Below are positions 18,797 to 27,726 of a stretch of DNA of 64,000 nucleotides, piece after piece; the stretch's first letter is position 1; the number at the start of each line of letters is the position of its first letter. The notes under the pieces are model-generated. The model did not search any database and had not been told where the DNA came from. It saw only the letters and a list, made by a program, of their open reading frames with translations. This stretch comes from a bacterium (lineage in GTDB: Bacteria; UBA8248). The stretch covers positions 1,792,001 through 1,856,000 of the forward strand of contig OZ253442.1 in assembly GCA_965261085.1 (NCBI GenBank). The letters run 5' to 3'. The translations under genes were made by a program, and so were the position numbers.

Positions 18797-19729
18797 GTGG
18801 AAGTTTTCGAGGGAGTAGATGCCTATGATTGTGAGGATTCTCCCTCTGTATTGAGTATCGGGAATTTTGACGGTGTTCATCTCGCTCACAGAGAGATTTG
18901 CCGGTTCATCAAAGAAGAGGCCGCCCGACGAGGCGGCCGGAGCGTCATCCTGACGTTCGAGCCGCACCCCCTCTCCGTGGTTGCTCCCGAAAGACGCCCC
19001 CCTCTGATGACGACCCTCGAAGAGAAGCTGGCCCGCTTAGAAGCCCAGGATATTGACGCCGTGGTGATTGAAAAATTCACGCCCCGTCTGGCGCAAACCG
19101 AGGCGAGGGATTTCGTGGGGCAGATTATCGGCGAAGGCCTAAAAGCTTCGCTCGTGGCGATCGGCTTCAACTTCCGTTTCGGGAAAGGGCGTGCGGGAAA
19201 CGTCGAACTCCTGCAGGAAGAGGGAGCTAACACCGGCTTCGAAACACACGTGCTGGAACCTTATATGTTCGAGGGGAGGCGGGTCAGCAGTACGGAGATA
19301 CGAAAACTGCTTCTGAGCGGGGCGGTGGAGGAGGCCGCTCGCCTGCTGGGGCAGCACCATATGATAGGAGGAAGAGTGGTTCGTGGCGACGGGCGGGGCC
19401 GGCAAATCGGCATACCGACGGCCAACGTGGATTATCCGCCCATCCTGATTCCCGAAAACGGGGTGTATGCCTGTCGGGTGCAGCTCGATGGAAGAGAGGG
19501 ACTCCGGCATCCCGCCGTGACGAACATCGGGAATCGACCCACGTTCGATAAAAAAGAAGTGACTCTCGAAACACACTTGCTGGATTGGGAAGAGGATATT
19601 TATGGAAAATCTATTCGGGTGGAATTCGTCTCCCGCTTGCGCGAAGAAAAAAAGTTTTCAGGCCCCCAAGAACTCGTCAATCAGATTCATTTGGATATTG
19701 AAAACGGACGGGAAAAGTTGGGCAGCTAG
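18797..19729 (+). CDS. ribF: Bifunctional riboflavin kinase/FAD synthetase
   Basis: IGNFDGVHLAH, VSST, GIPTAN, NIGNRPT and ETHLL motifs. Confidence 0.96.
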   Translation: MEVFEGVDAYDCEDSPSVLSIGNFDGVHLAHREICRFIKEEAARRGGRSVILTFEPHPLSVVAPERRPPLMTTLEEKLARLEAQDIDAVVIEKFTPRLAQTEARDFVGQIIGEGLKASLVAIGFNFRFGKGRAGNVELLQEEGANTGFETHVLEPYMFEGRRVSSTEIRKLLLSGAVEEAARLLGQHHMIGGRVVRGDGRGRQIGIPTANVDYPPILIPENGVYACRVQLDGREGLRHPAVTNIGNRPTFDKKEVTLETHLLDWEEDIYGKSIRVEFVSRLREEKKFSGPQELVNQIHLDIENGREKLGS

Positions 19730-20352
19730 GCCAGCAGAGCCACTAGACCGTCGTAGATGAAGAAAACCCCGAAGCCCAGCATCACCCACGCGCAGCCCTG
19801 CTCGATTCTTATCCACCCGGTTTCACCGATCATGCGGCTCCCCTGGTTCGATGACCAAGTGATGAAAACGGCCCATACCGCATCCGCCAGCAAGTGAACG
19901 ACGATCATTCCCGCCAAACCGGCCAACCACCCGAATTTGCTCGTTCGCGCGATGAGGTTCGCGCCAATGGTGAGCCACCACAAAACCCAGTAGGGGTTCA
20001 GGACCGTGAGCAGGACGCCGCCGGTGAGGGCGTTGCACTGAAGAACGCTCTTTTGCTCGGGGGCGGCGGTCCTGAAAATTTTGAACACGCCGCTTCCTAG
20101 ATAAACGAGGACGCCCCCGCCAAGCAAAGAGACGCCCTCGCGTATCCCCTGGATTTCAAAAAAAGGCTGCAACCCGGCGTACAGGGCGATGATGAGCGGG
20201 ACTTCGGCCAGGGCGTGTCCGAGGGTAACCCAGATTCCGGCCCACGGGCTTTGTTTGCCGCGCGCGATGAGAAATGCCGTAAGAGGACCCGGCGACATGA
20301 CGCCGCTCAGGGAAATGACGGTGATGAATCCGTAAAACGCGAGCAGGTTCAT
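19726..20352 (-). CDS. LysE family translocator
   Basis: SGVMSPGP and LNPYW motifs; six hydrophobic segments. Confidence 0.85.
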   Translation of the reverse strand: MNLLAFYGFITVISLSGVMSPGPLTAFLIARGKQSPWAGIWVTLGHALAEVPLIIALYAGLQPFFEIQGIREGVSLLGGGVLVYLGSGVFKIFRTAAPEQKSVLQCNALTGGVLLTVLNPYWVLWWLTIGANLIARTSKFGWLAGLAGMIVVHLLADAVWAVFITWSSNQGSRMIGETGWIRIEQGCAWVMLGFGVFFIYDGLVALLA

Positions 20353-20594
20353 TTCTTTGGTTCTGGTTCATCGAGCAGGCGGCGCAGTCGCTTGACGTCT
20401 AAATGAAATTTGAAAACTTTAATTTTCCCCAAGAAGCCGACGGGCACTTCCTCGCCGTACAGGCGCTTTAGTTCCGGGTCCCTATCCACGTCGACCTCAT
20501 CGATGATGAGGTCCGGGAAATGGCGCATTATCGCCGCTTTCGCCTCATGGCATAGATGGCACTCGCTTCGCGTATAGAATGTGATTTTCCGCAT
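20349..20594 (-). CDS. Glutaredoxin-like protein (DUF836 type)
   Basis: FYTRSECHLC motif and YGEEVPV. Confidence 0.85.
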   Translation of the reverse strand: MRKITFYTRSECHLCHEAKAAIMRHFPDLIIDEVDVDRDPELKRLYGEEVPVGFLGKIKVFKFHLDVKRLRRLLDEPEPKK

Positions 20595-20684
20595 ATATCA
20601 AAAAGCCTAGTTGGATTAGGGGCTGTTCCGTTGCCCAGCGAGTATATCAAATGACGGGATAGTTTTATTCATCGACTCGAATCC

Positions 20685-20713
20685 TTGACAACGCATCCGC
20701 CCCCCGATATAGG
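20685..20713 (+). promoter_or_regulatory. Putative sigma70 promoter of tRNA-Leu
   Basis: TTGACA (20685-20690), 17 nt spacer, TATAGG. Confidence 0.5.
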
Positions 20714-20733
20714 AAGTGACTACCAATCTTCTC

Positions 20734-20820
20734 GCCGGAGTGGCGGAACTGGTAGACGCGCTAGATTCAGGTTCTAGTGGGCTTCGGCTCGTGGAGGTTC
20801 AAGTCCTCTCTCCGGCACCA
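20734..20820 (+). tRNA. tRNA-Leu (anticodon CAG)
   Basis: GCCGGAG/CTCCGGC acceptor stem, CTAGA-TTCAGGT-TCTAG anticodon arm, long variable arm, GGTTCAAGTCC T arm, encoded CCA. Confidence 0.97.
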
Positions 20821-20875
20821 TTAAAATAATTCTCATTCAGGTGAAGGTTCGCGCTTTCTCAATTCAGGAGGCCTC

Positions 20876-22129
20876 ATGAAGATTGTCGAGGATAAACTTT
20901 CCAACGGGATTCGCGTGGTGACGGCGGAACGCTCCGAGTCGGCGGCGGTGGCGTTCCATATTTATTTCGGCTGTGGTGGTCGCCATGAGCGCGATGAAGT
21001 AGTGGGTGTTTCCCATGCGCTGGAGCATATGGTTTTTAAGGGCACGCCTTCGAGAACAACGCTCGACATCGCGCGTGAGATGGAAGGCAACGGCGCATCC
21101 ATCAACGCGAATACGGCGTCCGAGCGCACTTGCTATCACTTTACGGCGCCGGCCGATGCGTTCGCCACTGTCTTGGAAGTCTATGCGGATGCGGTGAATA
21201 ACTGCCTGTTGGATAAAGACGAATGGGCTCGGGAGCGGATGGTCATCCTCGAAGAGTTGAAGATGTATGAGGACATGCCGCGCATCTGGGTGTCGGATAT
21301 GCTGGAGACCACCATCTACAACCTGCAGATGGGCGTCATCGGGAACCGGGAGACCATCAGCGCGATTGAGCCTGAACACATGCGCGAGTTGATAGAGAAA
21401 TGGTACGTCCCCGGCAACACGGTGATTTCCGTGGCGGGCGGCGTGAAGCACGAAGACGTGATGGCGCTGTCCGAGAAACACTTTGGTGATCGGAGCGGCA
21501 GCGAGGATAAGCCTTTTCCTCCCGGCTTGCCCGAAGCGAGCAAGGCAAAAATCGTGGATCAGGCCCGCCAGACGGATCAGGTGAATCTCGCACTCGGGTT
21601 TCGCGCCTTCGGCCTGAACCACGAAGACGCCGCTCCCCTCCGGGTGATGTGCAACATATTGGGCGGGAAGATGAGCAGCAGGCTATTCACCGAAGTGCGG
21701 GAGAAGCGGGGTCTTGCCTACAGCGTGGGCGCCGCGCCGCACCGCTACACCGATACGGGCATGGTTGAGCTGAAGGCGGGAGTGGCTCTCGAAAAGGCGG
21801 TGGAGGCGACCGGGGTGATGCTCTCCGAAACGGGAAAGTTCAAGAGCGAACTCGTCACGAGCCAGGAACTGGCCGAAGCGAAGCGATACATCAAGGGAAA
21901 TCTCCAGATACACGAGAGTTCGGAATATCATGCGGGGCGAAACGGCTCGAATCTCATGCTGAGAGGAAAGGTGTATTCCGTGGAGGAGGAGTTGGCGGAT
22001 ATAGACTCCGTGGGCGAGGAAGACATTCAGCGCGTGGCCAACGAGGTTTTTCAGGAAGATAGACTCACTGGCGCCGTGATTGCCGAAAAACCACTCGGTT
22101 CCGAACTAGAGGCGGTCCTCAAGATTTAG
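20876..22129 (+). CDS. M16 family (pitrilysin-like) zinc peptidase
   Basis: HALEHMVFKG inverted zinc motif, NANT, and SRLFTEVREKRGLAYSV. Confidence 0.93.
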   Translation: MKIVEDKLSNGIRVVTAERSESAAVAFHIYFGCGGRHERDEVVGVSHALEHMVFKGTPSRTTLDIAREMEGNGASINANTASERTCYHFTAPADAFATVLEVYADAVNNCLLDKDEWARERMVILEELKMYEDMPRIWVSDMLETTIYNLQMGVIGNRETISAIEPEHMRELIEKWYVPGNTVISVAGGVKHEDVMALSEKHFGDRSGSEDKPFPPGLPEASKAKIVDQARQTDQVNLALGFRAFGLNHEDAAPLRVMCNILGGKMSSRLFTEVREKRGLAYSVGAAPHRYTDTGMVELKAGVALEKAVEATGVMLSETGKFKSELVTSQELAEAKRYIKGNLQIHESSEYHAGRNGSNLMLRGKVYSVEEELADIDSVGEEDIQRVANEVFQEDRLTGAVIAEKPLGSELEAVLKI

Positions 22130-22149
22130 CCTTTTATACCCGGAAAATG

Positions 22150-24657
22150 CTAGGGGGTTGTCGCTGCAGCTTTCGGGGTGCGATTGCTCAGCAGTATATC
22201 GGTTCGTCTGTTCTTGGCGCGGCCATCTCCGGTGTCATTGCTCGCCACGGGGCGGTAAAACGAATGCCCGGTCCCCGACATGCGCGCAGGCGATATGTTA
22301 TTCGATTCCAGGAATTTGACGATGGAAACGGCGCGCGCGAACGAAAGTTCCCAATTCGAGGGATAACGATCGAGCAAATTGCCTTTGATGGGCTGATTGT
22401 CCGTATGTCCTTCTACTCGTATCACTTTGTCTTTTTGTTTCTGGAGAAACTCCGCAACACTTAGAAGCGCCTCTAAGCCTTTTTCTTTGAGTCTGGCGCT
22501 TCCGGAATCAAACAAAAGACTGTTCACGAAGGTGACGCGGAGCAAGTCTTTGGTCTGCTGCAGACTGACGAACTGTTTTTTCAGCTTTTTGTTCATCTCG
22601 TTCAGGTCAGATTCCAGTTTTTGGGCCCGCTCGGCCTCTTCGCGCGCTTTTTTCTCGAGTATTTTTGAACGCGCGATTACCAGCGTGTGTTTTTTGATCG
22701 TTTCCGACAGGCTCAAGTTTGTCTGATCCAGCTTGTTTTTGATGAGTTCGGACACGGAAGTTTTCTCCGCGATGAGTTGGCTCATCTCCTGGACCTGTGC
22801 CCCGAGAAGCTCTTTGGCTTTTGCGAGGCGATCCGTCTCCTCGGTGCGCATCTTGAGTGCATTTTCGATGTTTTGGGTTTTCGCTTTTTGCTGTTCGATG
22901 CCGGAGTTTTTCTCCGCAATGAGTTGGCTCATCTCCTGGACCTGTGCCCCGAGAAGCTCTTTGGCTTTTACGAAGCTCTCTATCTTTTTGGTTTGATTTC
23001 TCGCGAATTCGGCGATTTGCGCATTTGCTTTTTCCGCCTTCGCTCGCGTCTTGCGCTCAGCATCGAGGGTTCCACGGATTTGATTGAGCGCGAGTTCGAG
23101 GTTTTGGGCCTTCGTTTTTTCGCGCACGATGCCGGCGTTTTTTTCCGCAATCAGCCGGCTCATCTCCTGAACCTGGGTGTTGAGGACCATCCTGGTTTTT
23201 TCGAGGCGGGCTATTTCCCCGGCTTGTTTTCTCGCGAGATCGCCATTTTGCGCCTTTTCTGTTCCCACCTTTGCTGTTGTATTGCGCTTATCGGTGACAC
23301 CATGATCTTTCGCTTTTTTCTGCTCGGACTCGATGAGTCGATCCATCCTCGCCACTTGGGTCTCGAGAATACCCCTGACTTTTTCGAGGCGTTTTATCTC
23401 TTTGGCCCGGTCAGCTGCGAACTCGAGGTTTTGTTTGCTCAATTTGTCGACGAACGCTTGTGTTTTGCGATCGCTCTTGAGGCTTGCCTGGATTCGGCTG
23501 AGGGCGATTTCGAGTTTTCGGGTTTTCGCTTTTTCCTGCTCGAGACCGGCGTTTTTCTCGGCGATGAATTGGTTCATATCTTTGGTTTGGGCTTCGAGGC
23601 GTTTTTTCTCCTCGGCTCGCTTGGCGGCTAGTTCTAGGCTTTCTTTGTTTGCTTTTTCCGCCTCGGCGCGCATTTTGAGCTCGTTATTGAGAGAGTTGTT
23701 GATTATGTCGAGTGTGGTTTTGAGGTTTCGAATTTCAGCTTTTTCCTGCTTGATGTCGGTGTTTTTCTCCGTGATGAGTTTGCTCATCTGTTTGGCTTGG
23801 GTATTGAGACGCTTTATCTCTTCGGCTCGCTTGGCGGCTAGTTCTAGGCTTTCTTTGTTTGTTTTTTCCGCCTCTGCGCGCATTCTACGCTCGTTATTGA
23901 GAGAGCCGTTGATTATGTCGTGTGTGGTTTTGAGGTTTCGAATTTCAGCTTTTTCCTGCTTGATGTCGGTGTTTTTCTCCGTGATGAGTTTGCTCATCTG
24001 TTTGGCTTGGGTATTGAGACGCTTTATCTCTTCGGCTCGCTTGGCGGCTAGTTCTAGGCTTTCTTTGTTTGCTTTTTCCACCTCGGCGCGCATTCTACGC
24101 TCGTTATTGAGAGAGCTGTTGATTATGTCGTGTGTGGTTTTGAGGTTTCGAATTTCAGCTTTTTCCTGCTTGATGTCGGTGTTTTTCTCGGTGATGAGTT
24201 GGCTCATCTGTTTGGCTTGGGTATCGAGACGCTTTATCTCTTCGGCTCGATTCCCGGCGAGTTCGGTGTTCTGTTGATTTGTTTTTTCCGCCTCTGAGCG
24301 AGCCTTACGCTCGTCATCGAGGGTCGTCTGGATTTGCTTGAGCGTAATTTCTAGGTTTTGGACTTTCGCTTTTTCCTGATCGAGGCTGGCGCTTTTCTCC
24401 GCGATTTGTCGGCTCATCTCTTGAATCTCGGTTTTCGCGGAGGTCCCCTCTTTATCGAGTCGGGACTGCAAACCCTTCATCTGCTGCTCTATTGTTTTGA
24501 AACGAAGGTTCAGCTTAGCGGTATTGTCTTTTTCCGCTGAAAGCTGGATCTCTCGTTTTTGCAACTGATTTTTCGTTGTATGGGATTCCTGAGCGAAATA
24601 TCCTGTTCCACCAAGGAGTACGGCGATAATCGCCCCAATAGCGATGCGAATGCCCAT
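22150..24657 (-). CDS. Membrane-anchored long coiled-coil protein with C-terminal OmpA/MotB-like peptidoglycan-binding domain
   Basis: N-terminal hydrophobic anchor, about 670 aa of heptad-rich sequence, then LLFDSGSA, VEGHTD, NWELSFARA and NRRTDI. Confidence 0.85.
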   Translation of the reverse strand: MGIRIAIGAIIAVLLGGTGYFAQESHTTKNQLQKREIQLSAEKDNTAKLNLRFKTIEQQMKGLQSRLDKEGTSAKTEIQEMSRQIAEKSASLDQEKAKVQNLEITLKQIQTTLDDERKARSEAEKTNQQNTELAGNRAEEIKRLDTQAKQMSQLITEKNTDIKQEKAEIRNLKTTHDIINSSLNNERRMRAEVEKANKESLELAAKRAEEIKRLNTQAKQMSKLITEKNTDIKQEKAEIRNLKTTHDIINGSLNNERRMRAEAEKTNKESLELAAKRAEEIKRLNTQAKQMSKLITEKNTDIKQEKAEIRNLKTTLDIINNSLNNELKMRAEAEKANKESLELAAKRAEEKKRLEAQTKDMNQFIAEKNAGLEQEKAKTRKLEIALSRIQASLKSDRKTQAFVDKLSKQNLEFAADRAKEIKRLEKVRGILETQVARMDRLIESEQKKAKDHGVTDKRNTTAKVGTEKAQNGDLARKQAGEIARLEKTRMVLNTQVQEMSRLIAEKNAGIVREKTKAQNLELALNQIRGTLDAERKTRAKAEKANAQIAEFARNQTKKIESFVKAKELLGAQVQEMSQLIAEKNSGIEQQKAKTQNIENALKMRTEETDRLAKAKELLGAQVQEMSQLIAEKTSVSELIKNKLDQTNLSLSETIKKHTLVIARSKILEKKAREEAERAQKLESDLNEMNKKLKKQFVSLQQTKDLLRVTFVNSLLFDSGSARLKEKGLEALLSVAEFLQKQKDKVIRVEGHTDNQPIKGNLLDRYPSNWELSFARAVSIVKFLESNNISPARMSGTGHSFYRPVASNDTGDGRAKNRRTDILLSNRTPKAAATTP
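22762..22969. repeat. Intragenic direct repeat, 147-bp spacing (AKELLGAQVQEMSQLIAEK x2)
   Basis: GAGTTGGCTCATCTCCTGGACCTGTGCCCCGAGAAGCTCTTTGGCTTTT occurs at 22774 and 22921. Confidence 0.85.
23612..24249. repeat. Intragenic tandem repeat, 210-bp (70 aa) unit, three near-identical copies
   Basis: TCGGCTCG anchor recurs at 23612, 23822, 24032 and 24242; the protein unit RAEEIKRL...KESLELAAK is repeated. Confidence 0.95.
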
Positions 24658-24781
24658 AAGGTTATGCTCCTATGAGGGCGATTATGGGCGTTTCTTCTAT
24701 CATTAATCTCATTATAGCACTCATTTTCGGGAAATTAAACAGGCGGGTTATAGATTCTCAGTAAAGCTTTCACTATAGCGA

Positions 24782-24804
24782 AGCCGGGGCCTTAAGCCCC
24801 GGCT
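24782..24804 (-). terminator. Hairpin downstream of the yccA-like gene
   Basis: AGCCGGGG-CCTTAAG-CCCCGGCT perfect stem; only a weak U tract. Confidence 0.45.
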
Positions 24805-24824
24805 CATGGATGAAGACACTTTCT

Positions 24825-25535
24825 TCAATCGCGCGAGGCGCCCAGAAGGTGTGTAAGGTAAATAAACATCATGATGAAATCGAGGTAGAGTTCGAGCGCC
24901 GCCATGATGGAGGCGCGCCTGCCCGTTTCATTATCCGTGTCCTGGGTGTAGGCGTATTCCTTCATCTTCTGGGTGTCATAGGCCGTAAGTCCCGCAAAGA
25001 TGAGAACGCCCAGAACGCTGATGGCGAAATGAACGGCGGAACTGGCTACGAAGATGTTAACGACGCTGGCGAGGATGATGCCGATAAGGCCCACCATGCA
25101 GAAATTGCCCACGCCCGACAAGTCTTTTTTTGTGACGAAAGCAAAAAGGGTCAATCCGCCGAACGCGCCGCCGGTGACGAAAAACGCCTGAGCCACGGAA
25201 GTGAGCGTGTAGCGCAAGAGCAGGGTGGAAACGGTAACGCCCAGCGTCGCGCTGTAGAGCAGGAACAGAATCGCGCCCGCTTGCCAGCCTTTGCTGCGCA
25301 TCACCGGCCTGATGGAGAAAACCAGGGCGAGTTGAACGCCGATGACCAGAAATACCGAGATGGAGCTTCCGAAGATGAATTGAATGGCGGCGGGGCTGGA
25401 TGCGACGTAGAGCGCGCTGAAACCCGTGACGAAGAGCCCCAGCGTCATCCATCCATAGACGCGCTGCATGAATGCGGCGGCGTCTTGTGCGATGACTCGT
25501 TGCCCGGTCGAGCGAGTGAAGTCTTGAGAGCGCAT
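24825..25535 (-). CDS. Bax inhibitor-1/YccA family membrane protein
   Basis: FMQRVYGWM, TKKDLS, AYDTQK and ALELYLDF motifs; seven TM segments. Confidence 0.92.
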   Translation of the reverse strand: MRSQDFTRSTGQRVIAQDAAAFMQRVYGWMTLGLFVTGFSALYVASSPAAIQFIFGSSISVFLVIGVQLALVFSIRPVMRSKGWQAGAILFLLYSATLGVTVSTLLLRYTLTSVAQAFFVTGGAFGGLTLFAFVTKKDLSGVGNFCMVGLIGIILASVVNIFVASSAVHFAISVLGVLIFAGLTAYDTQKMKEYAYTQDTDNETGRRASIMAALELYLDFIMMFIYLTHLLGASRD

Positions 25536-25750
25536 TTCAGAAATCCTCCTGGATATTCAATCATTCAGCATCTACGGCGAAGCGGCCAAAGTAGATTCAT
25601 CAATCTCTGGATAGATATCCTTTATTTTTCAGGATATCAACATCTTCCTGATAGTATATCCCATTCGACGGATATGCCAGTACCCCAAAAACGTAATTTC
25701 TTCCGCCATCGTCGTATTTTCATTATGAAACATCAACAGGAAGCCGCCGG

Positions 25751-25790
25751 TTGACTGGGATTGTAAGGCCCCATATAATTAGGCCCCATA
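25751..25790 (+). promoter_or_regulatory. Sigma70 promoter of marR with two candidate operator boxes
   Basis: TTGACT (25751-25756), 17 nt spacer, TATAAT (25774-25779). TAAGGCCCCATA (25764-25775) and TTAGGCCCCATA (25779-25790) flank and overlap the -10 box. Confidence 0.65.
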
Positions 25791-25814
25791 GCATTTAATT
25801 CTCGGAGCAAAACC

Positions 25815-26357
25815 ATGTTCTACATGAAAGAACTGCCCAACGAGGAAGATTTCAGGCCCCTCGTGCCGGAGTATTCCTCGCTGGATACTTCCTCGGTCAT
25901 GCTTTTTTATCTTTTTTTGCAGGTCGGTAGTGATATGCTCACCGCCTTTGAAACGTATCTGGCCGACCACGGCGTATCGCAGGGCAGGTTCATCGTTTTG
26001 CTGTTGTTGCTGCGCTCCCAAGTCAGAAACAACGGGTCGGGCCTCAGCCCATCGGAGCTGGCCAGACAAGCGGGTGTAACGCGTGCGACGATGACCGGGT
26101 TGATGAAGGGCCTTCAGCGCGATGGACTCATCGAGCGCTTCAGCCACGATGGCGATAGAAGGAAAATCATTGTCCGTCTCACATCAAAAGGAAAAGAGAG
26201 CCTGAATTCTATTTTTCCAGACTATTATTCGCGCATCGCGGAACTCATGAATGATCTAGAGGATGAGGAAAGAGAGAAATTATCGATGCTCCTCCATAAA
26301 GTGAAAAATAAAATGTATTCATCAAAACAAGCGCCGGCCGCCGGCGCCCAAAGGTGA
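25815..26357 (+). CDS. MarR family transcriptional regulator
   Basis: SPSELA...VTRATMTGLMKGL...DRRKIIVRLTSKG winged HTH. Confidence 0.92.
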   Translation: MFYMKELPNEEDFRPLVPEYSSLDTSSVMLFYLFLQVGSDMLTAFETYLADHGVSQGRFIVLLLLLRSQVRNNGSGLSPSELARQAGVTRATMTGLMKGLQRDGLIERFSHDGDRRKIIVRLTSKGKESLNSIFPDYYSRIAELMNDLEDEEREKLSMLLHKVKNKMYSSKQAPAAGAQR

Positions 26358-26418
26358 AGAATATCTTTGCTCGGATGCTTTAAGGAGCAAATCCCTGTCG
26401 AGGAAGGAGAAGAAGGCG

Positions 26419-27663
26419 ATGGCGAAACCCAAAGTGATTGTCCAGCTATACCCCATGCTGCCGACGGAAAGCCGAGAGGAGCGCGAGCAGAAAAGGCCCC
26501 TGGCCAGGGACAAGGATTTGTACCATCACGTGCTTCATGAATGGGTCGACATCGTGAAGGCCGCTGATGAGATGGGCGTATGGGGCATCAGCACCATTGA
26601 GCACCATCTGCACTCCGAGGGCTATGAGGTAGGCCCCAATCCGGGCGTTCTCAACGCATGGTGGGCCGCTCAGGTGAAAGACGCGAGAGTGGGCGCGCTC
26701 GGTTACGTTATGGCGACGCAGGATCCGATTCGCGTGGCCGAGGAGACGGCCATTCTCGACCACATCACCAAGGGCAAATTCTTCTGCGGCGTGGCGAGGG
26801 GGTATCAGTCCAGGTGGGCGAACATCCTGGGCCAGTTCAGCGACACCCGCGCCACCGTCTCCTCGGACTTGGGCGGCGCCGACGACGTGAAGAACCGCGA
26901 CATCTTCGAAGAGCGCGTCGAGATGCTGCTTAAATTCTGGCAAGAAGATTCGGTGGAAGTGAAAGGAGCGCATTACGAGATTCCCTATCCCTATGAGGAT
27001 GGAATCGATTATCCGGCCTGGAGGAGCGCTCGGGATGCCGGTGCAATCGGCGAGGTCGGCGATGACAATCGGGTGCGAAGGGTGAGCGTTGTTCCCAAAC
27101 CTTACCAAGAGCCTTATCCACCCATGTTTCAAGCCGTGAGCGCGAGCCCGGATTCCATAAAATTCGCGGCGAAACACGGATTCCGGCCCGTGTATTTCAC
27201 CAAGCTGGAAAAGATGGAGGAATTCTCCTATCTCTACATGGAGGAGGCGGCCAAGGCGGGCCACAACTTCGCCCATGGTGAGAGACAATGCGTTTGCCGC
27301 TGGATTCATGTGACGGATACCGAAGAAGAGTACAACGAAAAACTCAGGAAATACGATCAGGATATCTACCAGAACTTCTACGTGCCCTTCTTCCCCCAGT
27401 TCCCGGACGACACGGAAAGCATCGACTGGATCCAGAACATCAAGGAAAGTGGAATATTCCTGGGAGGTACGGTAGATACGCTCAAGCGCGAATGGGAGGA
27501 AACGTATGAAAAAGTGCCTTCGGAGTTCATCACCTTGATCTGGCACTATGCGCAGTGCCCCAAGGAAGAAGTCATTTATGAGTTGGAGACGTTCATGACG
27601 AAAGTGTGGCCCGACCTCGAGTGTCCGGTCTCGAACGGCGTCACTGTCGGCGGCGTCTCCTGA
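26419..27663 (+). CDS. LLM class (luciferase-like) flavin-dependent oxidoreductase
   Basis: EHH, DPIRVAEETAILDHITKG, GVARGY and PKPYQEPYPP motifs. Confidence 0.9.
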   Translation: MAKPKVIVQLYPMLPTESREEREQKRPLARDKDLYHHVLHEWVDIVKAADEMGVWGISTIEHHLHSEGYEVGPNPGVLNAWWAAQVKDARVGALGYVMATQDPIRVAEETAILDHITKGKFFCGVARGYQSRWANILGQFSDTRATVSSDLGGADDVKNRDIFEERVEMLLKFWQEDSVEVKGAHYEIPYPYEDGIDYPAWRSARDAGAIGEVGDDNRVRRVSVVPKPYQEPYPPMFQAVSASPDSIKFAAKHGFRPVYFTKLEKMEEFSYLYMEEAAKAGHNFAHGERQCVCRWIHVTDTEEEYNEKLRKYDQDIYQNFYVPFFPQFPDDTESIDWIQNIKESGIFLGGTVDTLKREWEETYEKVPSEFITLIWHYAQCPKEEVIYELETFMTKVWPDLECPVSNGVTVGGVS

Positions 27664-27680
27664 TTATCGTTAACGATGAA

Positions 27681-27707
27681 GCCCCCGCATGCGCATGCGG
27701 GGGTTTT
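27681..27707 (+). terminator. Rho-independent terminator-like hairpin
   Basis: GCCCCCGCAT-GCGC-ATGCGGGGGT followed by TTT. Confidence 0.6.
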
Positions 27708-27726
27708 GCGGATCGTATTTTAGGAG

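Noticed and set aside
23612-24249. Regularly spaced repeats considered as a CRISPR array
   Set aside because: The whole 210-bp unit repeats in frame inside a CDS; there are no unique spacers and no cas genes.
22150-24657. Calling this gene flagellar motB
   Set aside because: No motA partner, no conserved TM Asp motif and no flagellar genes nearby; only the peptidoglycan-binding domain is shared.
20734-24700. tRNA-Leu as the integration site of an island
   Set aside because: No integrase, and I could not find a duplicate of the tRNA 3' end downstream; the next gene is an ordinary M16 peptidase.
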